Of a stretch of DNA of 64,000 nt, positions 23,301-34,600 are shown piece by piece (the stretch's first letter is position 1; each line of letters starts with the position of its first letter). The translations under genes were made by a program, and so were the position numbers. The notes under the pieces were generated by a model. The model saw only the letters and a list, made by a program, of their open reading frames with translations. It was not told the origin of the DNA and did no database searches. Source of the stretch: Thecamonas trahens ATCC 50062 (lineage: Eukaryota > Protista > Apusomonadida); contig NW_013657634.1 of NCBI RefSeq assembly GCF_000142905.1, forward strand, positions 62,001 through 126,000, written 5' to 3'.

Positions 23301-24789
23301 TGCGATGATTGTGTGCTTCTCGCTCGGGCTGCCTGCGTTCATCGCATGCCTCCTTGCAGTGCACCGGTACGATCTGTGGCGGTACAAAACAGTGGCGATG
23401 CTTGGGCTGCTCTTCCAGCGGTACTCGGCCAAGTACTACTTCTTTGAGGTCCTTGTCCTGCTGCGGCGACTCGGGTTTGTGGCAGGCCATCTGGTGTTCC
23501 CGCAGTCGCCGCTTGGGCAGGCGATTGTGGCGCTGCTGGCGGTGGTGCTTGCAGCCGTGGCGCAGGGGCTTCTGAAGCCGTATCGGGCCAAAACCGTCAA
23601 CTGGCTGGAGGCGATGTGCATGGGCTTTGGGATTGTGTGCGTCGTGGTGGGCATTGTGTATTTTGCGGCTGGGAGCGCGATGCCGTCGGGAGTGAGCGAT
23701 GGGCTCGGGGTCGTGCTGGTGTTGCTAATCACGGCGTCGGTTGCGATTATCGTTGTGGCGATCCTGAGCGAGGTCCGCAAGCAGTACCGGCTGAAGCACC
23801 ATGGAGTGCACTCGGGTTTTGCCTCTGACCAGCTCGAGGTCTTTCCGGCGTTCTTTGAGACAGACGTGTTCATCCACACCAACGAGCGGTTCCGCGACGG
23901 GGCGACGACAATGTATCGCATCACGATGTCGACACCGATGGATGTGGCAATGGACTCTGTGCTTCTCCTGCACCGCGAGCTTGTCGACTCGTCGGCATAT
24001 GTGTGGTGGCAGCTGCTTGTGCCTGGCCTCGGGCCGGAGCACGGCCGGCGAAGTGGTGAGGCGCTGTCGCTGACGGCGATGAAGGACCGGGTGCGGTATG
24101 TCTCGTACGACGGCGGGCGGCGGCACGACTTTACGGTCCTGCTGGAACGACCTGCACACTACATCCTAAGTGTGCGTGCGCGGCGCGACGAGGACTTTTT
24201 CCCGCGATCGGGTGGGAAGATGGTGGCCGCATCTGAGCGGAGCGAGGAGCTCATCACTTTCCACATCTCGACCGAGTCTGGGTCTGTGGCGGAGCAGGGC
24301 TTTGTGGAGTGCAGCGATGTGCTCGCGGAGCACTCAGGCTTTGTCATTGCGCCGGCGCAGCGGGTGCTGACGCTCGGATCGAGCTACGGGTTCAAGGTGT
24401 ATGTGGAGAGCGCGCGGTACGTGGCGGTCTCCGCGTCTGCGCCGGACCACCACAGCTCGGCCGAGTGCCGGCTGATGCTCAAGGGCGGCAAGTTCCAGGG
24501 CTCGTACACGCCGCACGGGCCTGGGCCTGTGGCAATCTGGGCCGACTTTGGCCTCGCCTCGCTGTTTGATGCGTCGACGCCGCGCGGGCGGTCGGGCTCG
24601 GACAGCGTGACAGCCGGCGTGGCGTCGAGTGGCGGGAGCCGCGGCTCGGGCGTTGCGCAGTTTGTGGCGCTGGCGTGGTATGATGTAGTCCGTCCACACG
24701 CCGACCTCATCTCGCGCGACGTCAAGCGCTACAGCATTGCGGGGCTAGACGAGCTGGAGCTTGACGACATATACATTGGAAGCGAGTGA
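20350..24789 (+). CDS. Cell-surface receptor-like protein: signal peptide, about 7 sushi/CCP modules, Cys-rich stalk, about 10 TM helices, cytoplasmic beta-rich domains
   Basis: Signal MTTVIVLLCLLSMGA. Repeated C..P...C..G(Y/F).L.G....C...G.W...C units, CPEGTF and CPLGGVC motifs, and a TM block containing FFQIL and YYFFEVLVLLRR. Confidence 0.85.
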   Translation: MTTVIVLLCLLSMGASERPVGMPDAAECLFTSMPTPESNMNQTTTSIRYRGLSMSNLTGIVTRVTYGWFVPHGINTTIFVSSIPNPATKVSDPAERQGTWSLVYNQQASLVQVPQRPSRYYDDLVPGIRIEAGMRAAIGFTVEAGYTWPIYSFGMELVVRCGETDYDIDMFFSQSTAPPMYSYRGIGNLVGQDIEVTVKPYCTQLPPLFEAQSIAPSLDGYEVYPAGSYTVVCSTGTPAIATLTCNATTLAWSAGAPCECSPAQLPDVANGGVTLIASLAPYIGYSFSCDVGFHALNNPIRNTTCVGGVWTPDPFTPAYPACVRKACPALPTVAGRTLSATSGVYEDVITVSCAKGYVLEGSANSSCDANGAWFPPVGVCRIVQCAGYSVVNAVTSCATSNYTSVCDVDCGPVNLAGPRNKTCSASGEWIPAALQRCTSIDCGPCPVATGNSTVSTPDIPGTLESNRCFTSCDAGFSLFGPPARVCNGSAEWASSGAVDCRLDCLPYAPPTDGYLESECASSASMFGATCTARCNVGYGPIVGGDEVRVCGATTEGAWGGRRPVECPIVDCGRLVLGRVAEQSAWNGSVECEATTYQSSCAVVCARGYVLNGNLSRDVGSPACLASGSWSEELACLPCPEGTFYVARADRAEEGAVVCAMCPLGGVCDGGASVPRAAPGWFRNADGSFQPCVPAFACQGDNVCATGHAGRLCASCSPSHFRTDDGGCKPCSPATVYLVIALLVFLVLMGILLFKLAKRATAYFASLSVAFNFFQILAILSSFDLKWPRFVQAFLAFFKVFNFNVAIFNPKCAVSGGGGSPFLFVYYGKLLVPFIALALFGLGLGCVWAYYYVYSRFLNPRAFDVCADSRGDVIDELEHGGEVGRAGDDGSGFVDDDEGPMGAGRLAAEASSCWPHLSRAGAEETSWRCVNALLSFMALVYLLVTATAMQIYACTQQVDGRITLDVESAILCTSETYRLMRMASIAMIVCFSLGLPAFIACLLAVHRYDLWRYKTVAMLGLLFQRYSAKYYFFEVLVLLRRLGFVAGHLVFPQSPLGQAIVALLAVVLAAVAQGLLKPYRAKTVNWLEAMCMGFGIVCVVVGIVYFAAGSAMPSGVSDGLGVVLVLLITASVAIIVVAILSEVRKQYRLKHHGVHSGFASDQLEVFPAFFETDVFIHTNERFRDGATTMYRITMSTPMDVAMDSVLLLHRELVDSSAYVWWQLLVPGLGPEHGRRSGEALSLTAMKDRVRYVSYDGGRRHDFTVLLERPAHYILSVRARRDEDFFPRSGGKMVAASERSEELITFHISTESGSVAEQGFVECSDVLAEHSGFVIAPAQRVLTLGSSYGFKVYVESARYVAVSASAPDHHSSAECRLMLKGGKFQGSYTPHGPGPVAIWADFGLASLFDASTPRGRSGSDSVTAGVASSGGSRGSGVAQFVALAWYDVVRPHADLISRDVKRYSIAGLDELELDDIYIGSE

Positions 24790-24812
24790 AGAAGGTCTGG
24801 TGTGGTTTGCGT

Positions 24813-25430
24813 TCATTTATAGACGGTGGAGAAGGAGAAAAAAAAAGGCAAGGCAGATGGGCTGAGACGTCTGTGATGCAGAGAGATTGGCTCGAGTGAG
24901 TAGAGGGCGGGGGGGGGGGGTAGGAGAGACGGGAGAAGGGGGTGCAAGAGAGGGGGAGAGAGTGTGTGGAAGTGTAGAGAAACCGGCTCTGGGTTTTGGC
25001 TCTTCCCCCCGATGCAGGAATGCACCGAACGGACCGCCGCGGTTCTCGTTGATCTGGGCCCGTCCCAGTTACACGAATCTATGGTCAGCACGGTGTCAAA
25101 CGCGCCAACAAGAGCCGATGTGGTAAAACAGGTCCTTTGTGGTATAGAGGGCAAGGGGGAAGAATGAGGAAGCAGAACGAAGGGGGGGGGTTGTGTGATG
25201 CAGAATTGTATGGCGTACCAGAAAAAATATGTGTGTGCGCGCGGNNNNNNNNNNNNNNNNNNNNNNNNNNNNNNNNNNNNNNNNNNNNNNNNNNNNNNNN
25301 NNNNNNNNNNNNNNNNNNNNNNNNNNNNNNNNNNNNNNNNNNNNTCGCCCTGGGGAGTCACGGCGTCGACCGACGAGTTGACGGCGACGATCAGGTCGTT
25401 GAAGCGGTGCAGGAAGACGCAGGAGAACAT
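24813..25430 (-). CDS. Probable small multi-exon gene interrupted by an assembly gap (N 25245-25344)
   Basis: Coding-like MFSCVFLHRFNDLIV before the gap. GTACGC donor at 25218 with AAAG acceptor at 25135. TACTCAC branch followed by CACAG acceptor near 24871. Product unknown. Confidence 0.3.
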   Translation of the reverse strand: MFSCVFLHRFNDLIVAVNSSVDAVTPQGXXXXXXXXXXXXXXXXXXXXXXXXXXXXXXXXXXPRAHTYFFWYAIQFCITQPPPFVLLPHSSPLPSIPQRTCFTTSALVGAFDTVLTIDSCNWDGPRSTRTAAVRSVHSCIGGKSQNPEPVSLHFHTLSPPLLHPLLPSLLPPPPALYSLEPISLHHRRLSPSALPFFFSFSTVYK

Positions 25431-25827
25431 CGGCAACACAGGAGGGGAGGAGGGGAGGAGGGGAGGAGGGGAGGAGGGAGGAGGGGGAGGGAAAGGAGGG
25501 GGGGAGGAGGGAAAGGAGGGGAAGGGGGTGAGGAGGTAGGAAGGGGGAGAAGAGGATAGCAGTGGTGGTGGGAGGGGAAAGGTGAGGGGGGAATGTGTGG
25601 GGAAATGTGGGCGGGTGTCCCCTTTGGTGGTGAGAAAAGTGTGCAGACGATTCGATTCGTTCGGTCGAGTGGGTCGTTCGTTAGTTTGGGGTTGGGATTG
25701 GGGGGGCGGCTCGGTTTGTGTGACTTGTAGTTGTATTTGTGTTTGCGCTGGAGCTTGCCGAGTGGCATCAATGACCAATCGGCTACAGACCAATTGGTGC
25801 ACTGATGGCAGCAGCGTTGGCTGACTC

Positions 25828-25888
25828 GGGCTTGGGGCTCGGGCTTGGGCTTGGGCTTGGGCTTGGGCTTAGGCTTGGGCTTAGGCTT
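25828..25888 (+). repeat. (GGGCTT/AGGCTT)n hexamer repeat
   Basis: Directly visible just beyond the stop codon of the 25889-27052 gene. Confidence 0.85.
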
Positions 25889-27052
25889 TCATCGGCGGCG
25901 GGGCGAGAAAGCATCCGAGGCCAATGATGAACCATGCGAGGAGCGCGAGCGTGCGATGCGGTGGGAGAGTGGCGGCTGGGACGATAGGAGCTCGTGGTTG
26001 GTGTCAGCGACGTTGTGGCTGCGGCCGTGCTTGCAGTCGGCAGGGAGGTATGAGTGTGAAGAGCGGCGGCGCGAGGATCGGCGCGGGTGGAGGGTGTGGC
26101 TCTCGCCGCGGCGCAGAGCGGGGGCGGTGCGCGGCGGCGATGGGGTTAGGCCACGGCGGCGCTCTAGGGCGAAGACCATGTGATCTGCCGAGTCGAAGAA
26201 GGCCCACACAGCCACGGAGCGCGAGCCCGGCAGGTAGTAGGCGTAGACGGTGGCAAAGTCGACGGCCGGCGCGTCGGTAGCGGCAGCAAGGACAGCAATG
26301 CCCTCCTTGCGGGTGAGCAGGACGCGCGGACCGTTCCAGTGGGCGACGCGAGCGGCGAGGTTGTCGGCGGCAGCTTTGCGCTCGGCGCGGCGGGCGGCGG
26401 CAGGCGAGATGATGGCGGCCGAGTCGGACGTCGAGCTCATGCCCGAGTCCCACGACGAGTTGAGCGCCGACGATGATGAGTCGGGAGCGCTGACGGCTGC
26501 GTCTGAAATGGTCAGTCCCGAGTCTGACGAGCGGTAGGCAGCACCAATCCGTGGCCGCGCCACGTACGGTACCGCGTCCGACTTGATCGGCAGGGTCAGC
26601 GTGTGGCTCGAGGGGCGGGCTGAGACGTCGAGCAGGGGCAGCGAGCCGCGGAGCGATCCGGCCTGCGAGACCCGCATCTCCAGGTCGTCTAGCTCGCGGC
26701 GCAACTCCTTGCTCTGCAGCTCAAGCGTCGACTCAAGGCCGTGCTGCAGCCGCTCGACCTCTGTCCGGATGACACGCAGCTGATCGGCGAGGTCAGCGTC
26801 GTCGCTGAAGTCGATGCCCGATGACGGGGCCGACGACGATGATGATACGGATGACGACGATGACGAAGCCGATGACGACGACGAAGATGACGACGATAGT
26901 GACGACAACGAATACCGCCTTCTGCCTCTTTCATTCGCAACAGCATCGTGATGGGGACGCGGCTCGGCATGGCCAGTGTCGCCGGGAGAGTGAGGCTCGC
27001 CGGGGCTTTGCGCGCCACGGGCACCGGTGCACCGGCTAAGGGCGGCGCCCAT
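25889..27052 (-). CDS. Putative N-myristoylated, Ser-rich coiled-coil protein
   Basis: N-terminus MGAALSRC (Gly2, Ser6, Cys8), short coiled coil, and a small helical domain near the C-terminus. Confidence 0.7.
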   Translation of the reverse strand: MGAALSRCTGARGAQSPGEPHSPGDTGHAEPRPHHDAVANERGRRRYSLSSLSSSSSSSSSASSSSSSVSSSSSAPSSGIDFSDDADLADQLRVIRTEVERLQHGLESTLELQSKELRRELDDLEMRVSQAGSLRGSLPLLDVSARPSSHTLTLPIKSDAVPYVARPRIGAAYRSSDSGLTISDAAVSAPDSSSSALNSSWDSGMSSTSDSAAIISPAAARRAERKAAADNLAARVAHWNGPRVLLTRKEGIAVLAAATDAPAVDFATVYAYYLPGSRSVAVWAFFDSADHMVFALERRRGLTPSPPRTAPALRRGESHTLHPRRSSRRRSSHSYLPADCKHGRSHNVADTNHELLSSQPPLSHRIARSRSSHGSSLASDAFSPRRR

Positions 27053-27602
27053 GGAGGGGAGGCGTGTGGCGGTTGTGTGCGGGAGGAGAGAGCGGTGGGA
27101 GAGGGCAGGGCGCCGCGGGTAGGACTAGGTGGGAGGAGAGATGTGGCTGCGTTCGCGAGTCCGAGCTCAAGCGCGAGCTCGACCGGGCAAACCGCGGCTG
27201 CCCGCGTGTCGAGCGAGGGCGCGCGCCCGGACAAGTTATTGGTGGTGGAGATGTGCCGAGACAGGGCGTATGCCGAGACAAGGGATTAAAATTTTACAGC
27301 CAACACGTTGGCAGCCGACCGCGGCCATGCACGCCATGTGTGAGGGGAAGATAGGTCGGCGGTGGAGCAATGAGTGAGAGGTAGCGGGAAGACCAGCTCG
27401 ATTGCTGCTGGCTTTAGCGGCATGGCTGTGGGGCAGGTGTGCTTGAGAGGCTCTCCGGAGTGAAGGCGGCGAGTCGTGATGGTGATGCGGGAGCAAGATG
27501 TGGGCGAGCGGGAGTTTGTTGAGCGTGGGCGTGCTGCGGGTGGGTGACGGTGGGGAAGTATTGACACCGTCACCCCCTTCTCTCGAACGAGACTTGAGAG
27601 CC

Positions 27603-28612
27603 ATGGCTGTTCGCCCGAAGCCGCTCATTGTGGGACTCTCTGGAGGCACTGCATCGGGCAAGACTACAGTGAGCAAGGCGATCATCTCTCAGCTCGAATC
27701 AGCGTCTGGAGTCTGTGAGCTCATCTCGCTGGACATGTTCTACCGCCCGCTGAGTGCGGCCCAGCAGGAGCAGGCCAAGGCCGACGCCTACAACTTTGAC
27801 CACCCGAGTACGGCCTCCCCACCCCGTCCCTTCCACCTGCCTGCCTGCCCTCATTCAGCCTCACCTTGACTCCCCATCAGGCATGGGGAGACCCATTTAC
27901 CTCATACACATGTTTATGTGGTATGTGTAGGGCTGGGTATGAGCATGGCGTCCCCACACTCCACCGCGTCACCCGCCCCGCGTTGATGGCCGAGATGGGC
28001 CGATGGGAGGTGCCAGTTCGGTGGCTTCGACCGTTTGTTCCTTTTTTTTTGGATGTCTGCAGCCGGTTTTTTACCCTTATGCTCCCGTCTCCCCCCCTCT
28101 TCCCCTCCCTCCCCTCTCTCACGCACCCATACACGCTGGGCGGAGTTGCAGATGCAATCGACTTTGATCTGCTGAAAAAGACGCTGCAGTCTATTGTGGA
28201 CGGTGAGCCTGTCGACATTCCTCTGTACGACTTTGGAGAGCACAACCGAGTGGGCGTGGAGAAGCGCATTGAGCGCGCCGACGTCATTGTGCTTGAGGGC
28301 ATCTTTGCGCTGTACGACGAGGGTATCCGTGATCTGATGGACCTCAAGGTGTTTGTGGACTCGGACTCGGATACGCGGCTGGCGCGGCGGGTGCGTCGCG
28401 ACATGGCGCAGCGTGACCGGACGCTGGCATCCGTGCTTGACCAGTATGAGAAGTATGTCAAGCCGGCGTTTGATGTGTACATTGCGCCGACCAAGCGGTA
28501 CGCCAACATCATTCTCCCGCAGGGTACGTACAACGAGGTCGGCATCGAGCTCATTGCGCTGCACATCCGGATGAAGCTCGAGGCGATGCTCAAAGAGAGC
28601 GGCGAGAAGTAA
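27603..28612 (+). CDS. UCK: Uridine/cytidine kinase; intron 27808-28151
   Basis: GLSGGTASGKTT P-loop, LDMFYR, spliced NFDHP-N-AIDF, VLEGIFALY, DSDTRLARRVRRD, YVKPAF. GTACGG donor and GCAG acceptor are in frame. Confidence 0.95.
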
Positions 28613-28625
28613 ACGGCACGGTCAG

Positions 28626-31600
28626 TTACGACGAGCTCTCGAGCTCGCTGCTCTCGCCGGCGAGCGACGACTCGAGCTGGGCGACCTGCGACTCGAGGAA
28701 GGCGAGCTGCTCGCGGCGCGAGAGGTCAAGACGGGCGGCCTGGGCCGAGTCAAACGTGGCATCGGTGGTGGCCCGGACAAGCGGATCAGCGGTCTTGGGC
28801 CCGGCGATGGCGTCGAGGAGCGAGGAGGCGATGACCTCGGACGCGGTCTCGACTGAGCGCTGGGCTTCGTCGACCTTCATGTTGTACAGCTCGGCGAGGA
28901 GGCGCGACTCGCGCTCGACGGCGGTGAAGGCGTCGACAAGGATGCGGTCCTGTGTCTTGGCAATTCCGTCGAGGGCCGCGGTGAGCGTGGCGGTTTCGGC
29001 CTTGACCTCGGCCGAGACGGCGGCGACGGCGGCGACGACCGGAGCGAGGTCGGGCTTGGACACGTCGAGAGCGGCTATGGCGGCGAGGACGGGTGCCAGA
29101 TCGACCGGCTCGGGGCGTGGCATGTTGGCAGAGAGCTCGGTGACGGCGGCGAGGACATTGGCGAGGCTCGTCGACGACTTGGAAGTCATGTCGAGCTTGG
29201 CCTCTGTCGCGGCAAGGGCGGCGATGAGCTCCGCGTTGGTCTGCTTCGCCTCGGAGAGGTCGGCGTTGAGGTCGGCAAGCTGCTGGGCGAGCGCGTCCTT
29301 CTCGGCGGTGGCCTTGCGAACAAGGTTGTCGAGTGAAGTCGAAACGTGCTCCAGCTTGCCCTTGGCGGCGGCAGACTCCTTTGCAGCTGCGGTGAGCTTG
29401 AAGTGCAAGCCAGTGAGCGCGTCTCGTCCGAGTCCGGCCTTGATCTCGGTTAGCGCAGTCTCGACCGACGAGAGGTCGATCTCGGTAGCCTCGGCCGGCA
29501 GCTCATCAATGCGGGCCTTGATGTCAGCGAGCACAGCCTCCACACTCGAAAGGTCGATCTCGGTAGCCTCGGCCGGCAGCTCATCGACGCGAGCCTTGAT
29601 CTCAGCCAGCGCAGTCTCCACACTCGAAAGGTCGATCTCGGCAGCGGGTGCAGCCTCGGCCGGGAGCTCATCGACGCGAGCCTTGATCTCGGCCAGCACA
29701 GTCTCGACCGACGAGAGGTCAATCTCGGTAGCCTCGGCCGGCAGCTCATCAAAGCGAGCCTTGATCTCAGCCAGCACAGTCTCGACCGACGAGAGGTCGA
29801 TCTCAGCAGCGGGTGCCTCGGCCGGCAGCTCATCGATGCGGGCCTTGATGTCAGCCAGCGCAGTCTCCACACTCGACAGGTCGATCTCGGCAGCGGGTGC
29901 AGTCTCGGCCGGGAGCTCATCGACGCGAGCCTTGATCTCGGCCAGCGCAGTCTCGACCGACGAGAGGTCGATCTCGGTAGCCTCGGCCGGCAGCTCATCA
30001 AAGCGAGCCTTGATCTCAGCCAGCACAGTCTCGACCGACGAGAGGTCGATCTCAGCAGCGGGTGCCTCGGCCGGCAGCTCATCGATGCGGGCCTTGATGT
30101 CAGCCAGCGCAGTCTCCACACTCGACAGGTCGATCTGGGCAGCGGGTGCAGTCTCGGCCGGGAGCTCATCGACGCGAGCCTTGATCTCGGCCAGCGCAGT
30201 CTCGACCGACGAGAGGTCGATCTCGGCAGTGGGCGCAGCCTCGGCCGGGAGCTCATCGACGCGGGCTTTGATGTCAGCGAGCACAGTTTCCACACTCGAA
30301 AGGTCGATCTCGGTAGCCTCGGCCGGCAGCTCATCGAAGCGAGCCTTGATCTCGGCCAGCGCAGTCTCCACACTCGAAAGGTCGATCTCGGCAGCAGGTG
30401 CAGCCTCGGCCGGCAACTCATCGACGCGAGCCTTGATCTCGGCCAGCACAGTCTCAACCGACGAGAGGTCAATCTCGGTAGCCTCGGCCGGCAGCTCATC
30501 AAAGCGAGCCTTGATCTCAGCCAGCACAGTCTCGACCGACGAGAGGTCGATCTCGGCAGCGGGCGCAGCCTCGGCCGGGAGCTCATCGATGCGGGCCTTG
30601 ATGTAAGCGAGCACAGTCTCGACACTCGAAAGGTCGATCTCGGCAGCGGGCGCAGCCTCGGCCGGGAGCTCATCGACGCGAGCCTTGATGTCAGCGAGCA
30701 CAGCCTCCACACTCGAAAGGTCGATCTCAGCAGCGGGTGCCTCGGCCGGCAGCTCATCGATGCGGGCCTTGATGTCAGCCAGCGCAGTCTCCACACTCGA
30801 CAGGTCGATCTCGGCAGCGGGTGCAGTCTCGGCCGGGAGCTCATCGACGCGAGCCTTGATCTCGGCCAGCGCAGTCTCGACCGACGAGAGGTCGATCTCG
30901 GCAGTGGGCGCAGCCTCGGCCGGGAGCTCATCGACGCGGGCCTTGATGTCAGCGAGCACAGTTTCCACACTCGAAAGGTCGATCTCGGTAGCCTCGGCCG
31001 GCAGCTCATCGACGCGAGCCTTGATGTAAGCGAGCACAGTTTCCACACTCGAAAGGTCGATCTCGGTAGCCTCGGCCGGCAGCTCATCGAAGCGAGCCTT
31101 GATCTCGGCCAGCGCAGTCTCGACCGACGAGAGGTCAATCTCGGCAGCGGGTGCAGCCTCGGCCGGCAGCTCATCGACGCGAGCCTTGATGTAAGCGAGC
31201 ACAGTCTCGACACTCGAAAGGTCGATCTCGGCAGCAGGTGCAGCCTCGGCCGGGAGCTCATCGACGCGAGCCTTGATGTCAGCCAGCGCAGTCTCCACAC
31301 TCGACAGGTCGATCTCGGCAGCGGGTGCAGCCTCGGCCGGGAGCTCATCGACGCGGGCCTTGATGTAAGCGAGCACAGTTTCCACACTCGAAAGGTCGAT
31401 CTCGGTAGCCTCGGCCGGCAGCTCATCGACGCGAGCCTTGATGTAAGCGAGTACAGTTTCCACACTCGAAAGGTCAATCTCGGCAGCGGGTGCAGCCTCG
31501 GCCGGGAGCTCATCGACGCGGGCCTTGATCTCGGCCAGCACAGTCTCGACCGACGAGAGGTCAATCTCGGTAGCCTCGGCCGGCAACTCATCGACGCGAG

Positions 31601-34600
31601 CCTTGATCTCAGCCAGCACAGTCTCGACCGACGAGAGGTCAATCTCGGTAGCAGGTGCAGTCTCGGCCGGGAGCTCATCGACGCGAGCCTTGATCTCGGC
31701 CAGCGCAGTCTCGACCGACGAGAGGTCGATCTCGGTAGCCTCGGCCGGCAGCTCATCGAAGCGAGCCTTGATGTCAGCGAGCACAGTCTCCACACTCGAA
31801 AGGTCGATCTCGGCAGCAGGTGCAGCCTCGGCCGGCAGCTCATCGACGCGGGCCTTGATGTGAGCGAGCGCAGTCTCGACCGACGAGAGGTCAATCTCGG
31901 CAGCGGGCGCAGCCTCGGCCGGGAGCTCATCGACGCGGGCCTTGATGTAAGCGAGCACAGTCTCGACACTCGAAAGGTCGATCTCGGCAGCAGGTGCAGC
32001 CTCGGCCGGGAGCTCATCGACGCGGGCCTTGATCTCGGCCAGCGCAGTCTCGACCGACGAGAGGTCAATCTCGGCAGCGGGTGCAGCCTCGGCCGGCAGC
32101 TCATCGACGCGAGCCTTGATGTAAGCGAGCACAGTCTCGACACTCGAAAGGTCGATCTCGGCAGCAGGTGCAGCCTCGGCCGGGAGCTCATCGACGCGGG
32201 CCTTGATCTCGGCCAGCGCAGTCTCGACCTCGACAGGTCGATCTCGGCAGCGGGCGCAGCCTCGACCGGGAGCTCATCGACGCGAGCCTTGATGTAAGCG
32301 AGCACAGTTTCCACACTCGAAAGGTCGATCTCGGCAGCGGGCGCAGCCTCGGCCGGCAGCTTATCGAAGCGAGCCTTGATCTCAGCCAGCGCAGTCTCCA
32401 CACTCGAAAGGTCGATCTCGGCAGCAGGTGCAGCCTCGGCCGGGAGCTCATCGACGCGAGCCTTGAGCGTCGCCAGAGACATCATGACCTCGGTCTTCAT
32501 ATCAGCAAGGTCAGCCTTGACCGACGACAGTTCGATGCCAGACGAAGGTTCCGCATTCACACGATCTTTGATCTCCACAAGTGCGGCTTCCACGCCTGGA
32601 AGCTCATCGACACGCAACTTGACCGCCTCCAGGGCCACAGCTATGCCATTCAGGCTCGTCTCGATCGAAGAGGGGTCTGCTGCTTCAGGTGCCTCCGCCG
32701 CTGCCGCCGCGTTGATTTTGGCCTTCAGCCCAGCAAGCGCCATCGTTACCTCGGTCCTCATCTCGGCAAGACTGCCCTCCACTGACGACAGGTCCACTTG
32801 CCCGCTTGGCGGTGCATGGACAGCGAGTTCTTCGACACGCGCCTTCAGGGTAGCCAGCGCCATCATCATCTCCGTCTTCATCGCCACAAGCCCAGCCTCG
32901 ACACCCGCAAGATCGACCTCCACAACCTCTGGCGCATCGACACGCTCCTTGATCTCGACCAGCGACGCCTCTATGACCGAGAGATCAACAACTGCTGCTC
33001 CCTCAGCAGTTGCATGGCTTGTCTCCACACGCTGCTTGATCTCCGCGAGCGCAGCTTCCACACGCGACAGGTTAATCCCTGTCCCGATTGTCGCCGCTCC
33101 CGACAGCTCGTCCACGCGAGCCTTGAGCGTCGCAAGCCCCATCATCACCTCGGTCTTCATCTCAGCCAGCCCGGTTTCAACCGCCGACAGATTCGCTTCG
33201 CCAGGCACAGGGACCGCCACTTGCGTCTTGATCTCGCCGAGCGCAACCTCAATAGCCGTGAGGTCGACCTCGCCCATCGCAGCCACAGACTCGGCGAGCG
33301 CTGGCAAGCCCTCGACTCGCTTCAGGACTCGCGTCAGCATCATCTGGATCGCACCAAGCACATGCTCATCCGGTGACGCGCCATCACCCGACATCGCCGC
33401 CTTGGCCTCCAATCGTGCCTGAAGATCGGCAACCTGCTCGGAGAGGAGCCCTGCTCGCGCCTCGGCGGCAGCTACGCGCGTGTCAGCCGAGCCAGCACCC
33501 ACAGGCACCACACTCGCTCGCGTCTCGGCCGCCTTACGCAGCGCACGCTCCGCTGCAAGCTCCTCGCGGAGCACAATTGCGCTCTCGAGCGCCGCTGCGA
33601 GCTCCTCCCGCTCGGTCGCTAGCTGGCTCTCTAGCTGGCTCATTTGCGCTGACAGCACTTGAAGCTCGACCGCGTCGTCATTGACACGCAGTGCCCGCTC
33701 ACGGTATTGCTGCATGAGCTCCGTCAGCGAACCGACCTGCTCTTGCAGCTTGCTCTGCGCCGTTGCCATCCGCTCACCCATCTCGCGCATCTCCACCTCC
33801 GCCACTGCACGCGCCCTTCGTTCTTCCTGGATCTGGACCACGAGCGCGTCGCGCTCGCCACGGTATTGCGCAAGACGCTCCTCCAGCGAGATCACAGCCT
33901 GCGATGACGCCGCCATCGCCTCTGCCGCCGCATGCGCCGCCACAATCGCCTCAAACGTCGGCGTTGCCTCGCTTGACGACGACTCGTCCCTGTCAGTGTC
34001 TGACCGCGAAAGCTCAGCAAACGAGAGCCCGCGCCGCGAGCCCTGCCCACCCGGAGTGATCGGCGACACTGGTGCAAGGCCGACGCCCAGCCGATTAGCG
34101 CTCCCGCCGCTCGCCATCGGCGAGACAAGCTCGTCAACCTCGCTCAGCCCGAGCTGGATTCCAAAGTGCCCATACACCAGAATGAGCAGCCGCTCCAGCA
34201 GCGCCGGACTCACAACCATCCCGTGCGCATCAAACAGCCGCAGCACGCTCCCACGCAGCGCCACCACAGACGGCGACTCGATCTGCCTGCTTGTGAGTCC
34301 ATGCACCTACCTCCCTCACCGCCCACTCTCGTTCTCACTCTCACTGCCCTTGCGTACCGTCACGTCACGCGAGTCACGGCCGACACTCGCCGACCTCACT
34401 GGCATCGCCCGCATCACTCGCTGCGCTGCTGCCAGCTCCTTCACAGCCGCGTCGCGCTGAGCGGCGACCTTGGCCACCTCAACACGGCAGCGGCCATGCT
34501 GATCAGCCTCTCCAGTAAACGAGGGGAACACACTGCTGCTCGGAGGGACGTAGCTGTTGCTGCCTCTACGGAACCGACTGCCTTGCACTGCTCCGTAGCT

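Noticed and set aside
25391-25891. Stop-codon readthrough of the myristoylated protein into a KP-repeat extension
   Set aside because: Open frames are common at this GC content, and the extension is low-complexity with no readthrough context.
28756-33422. Long plus-strand ORFs (ISASAVST...) and the Arg/Ser-rich alternative minus frame
   Set aside because: Antisense or shifted-frame shadows of the repeat protein.
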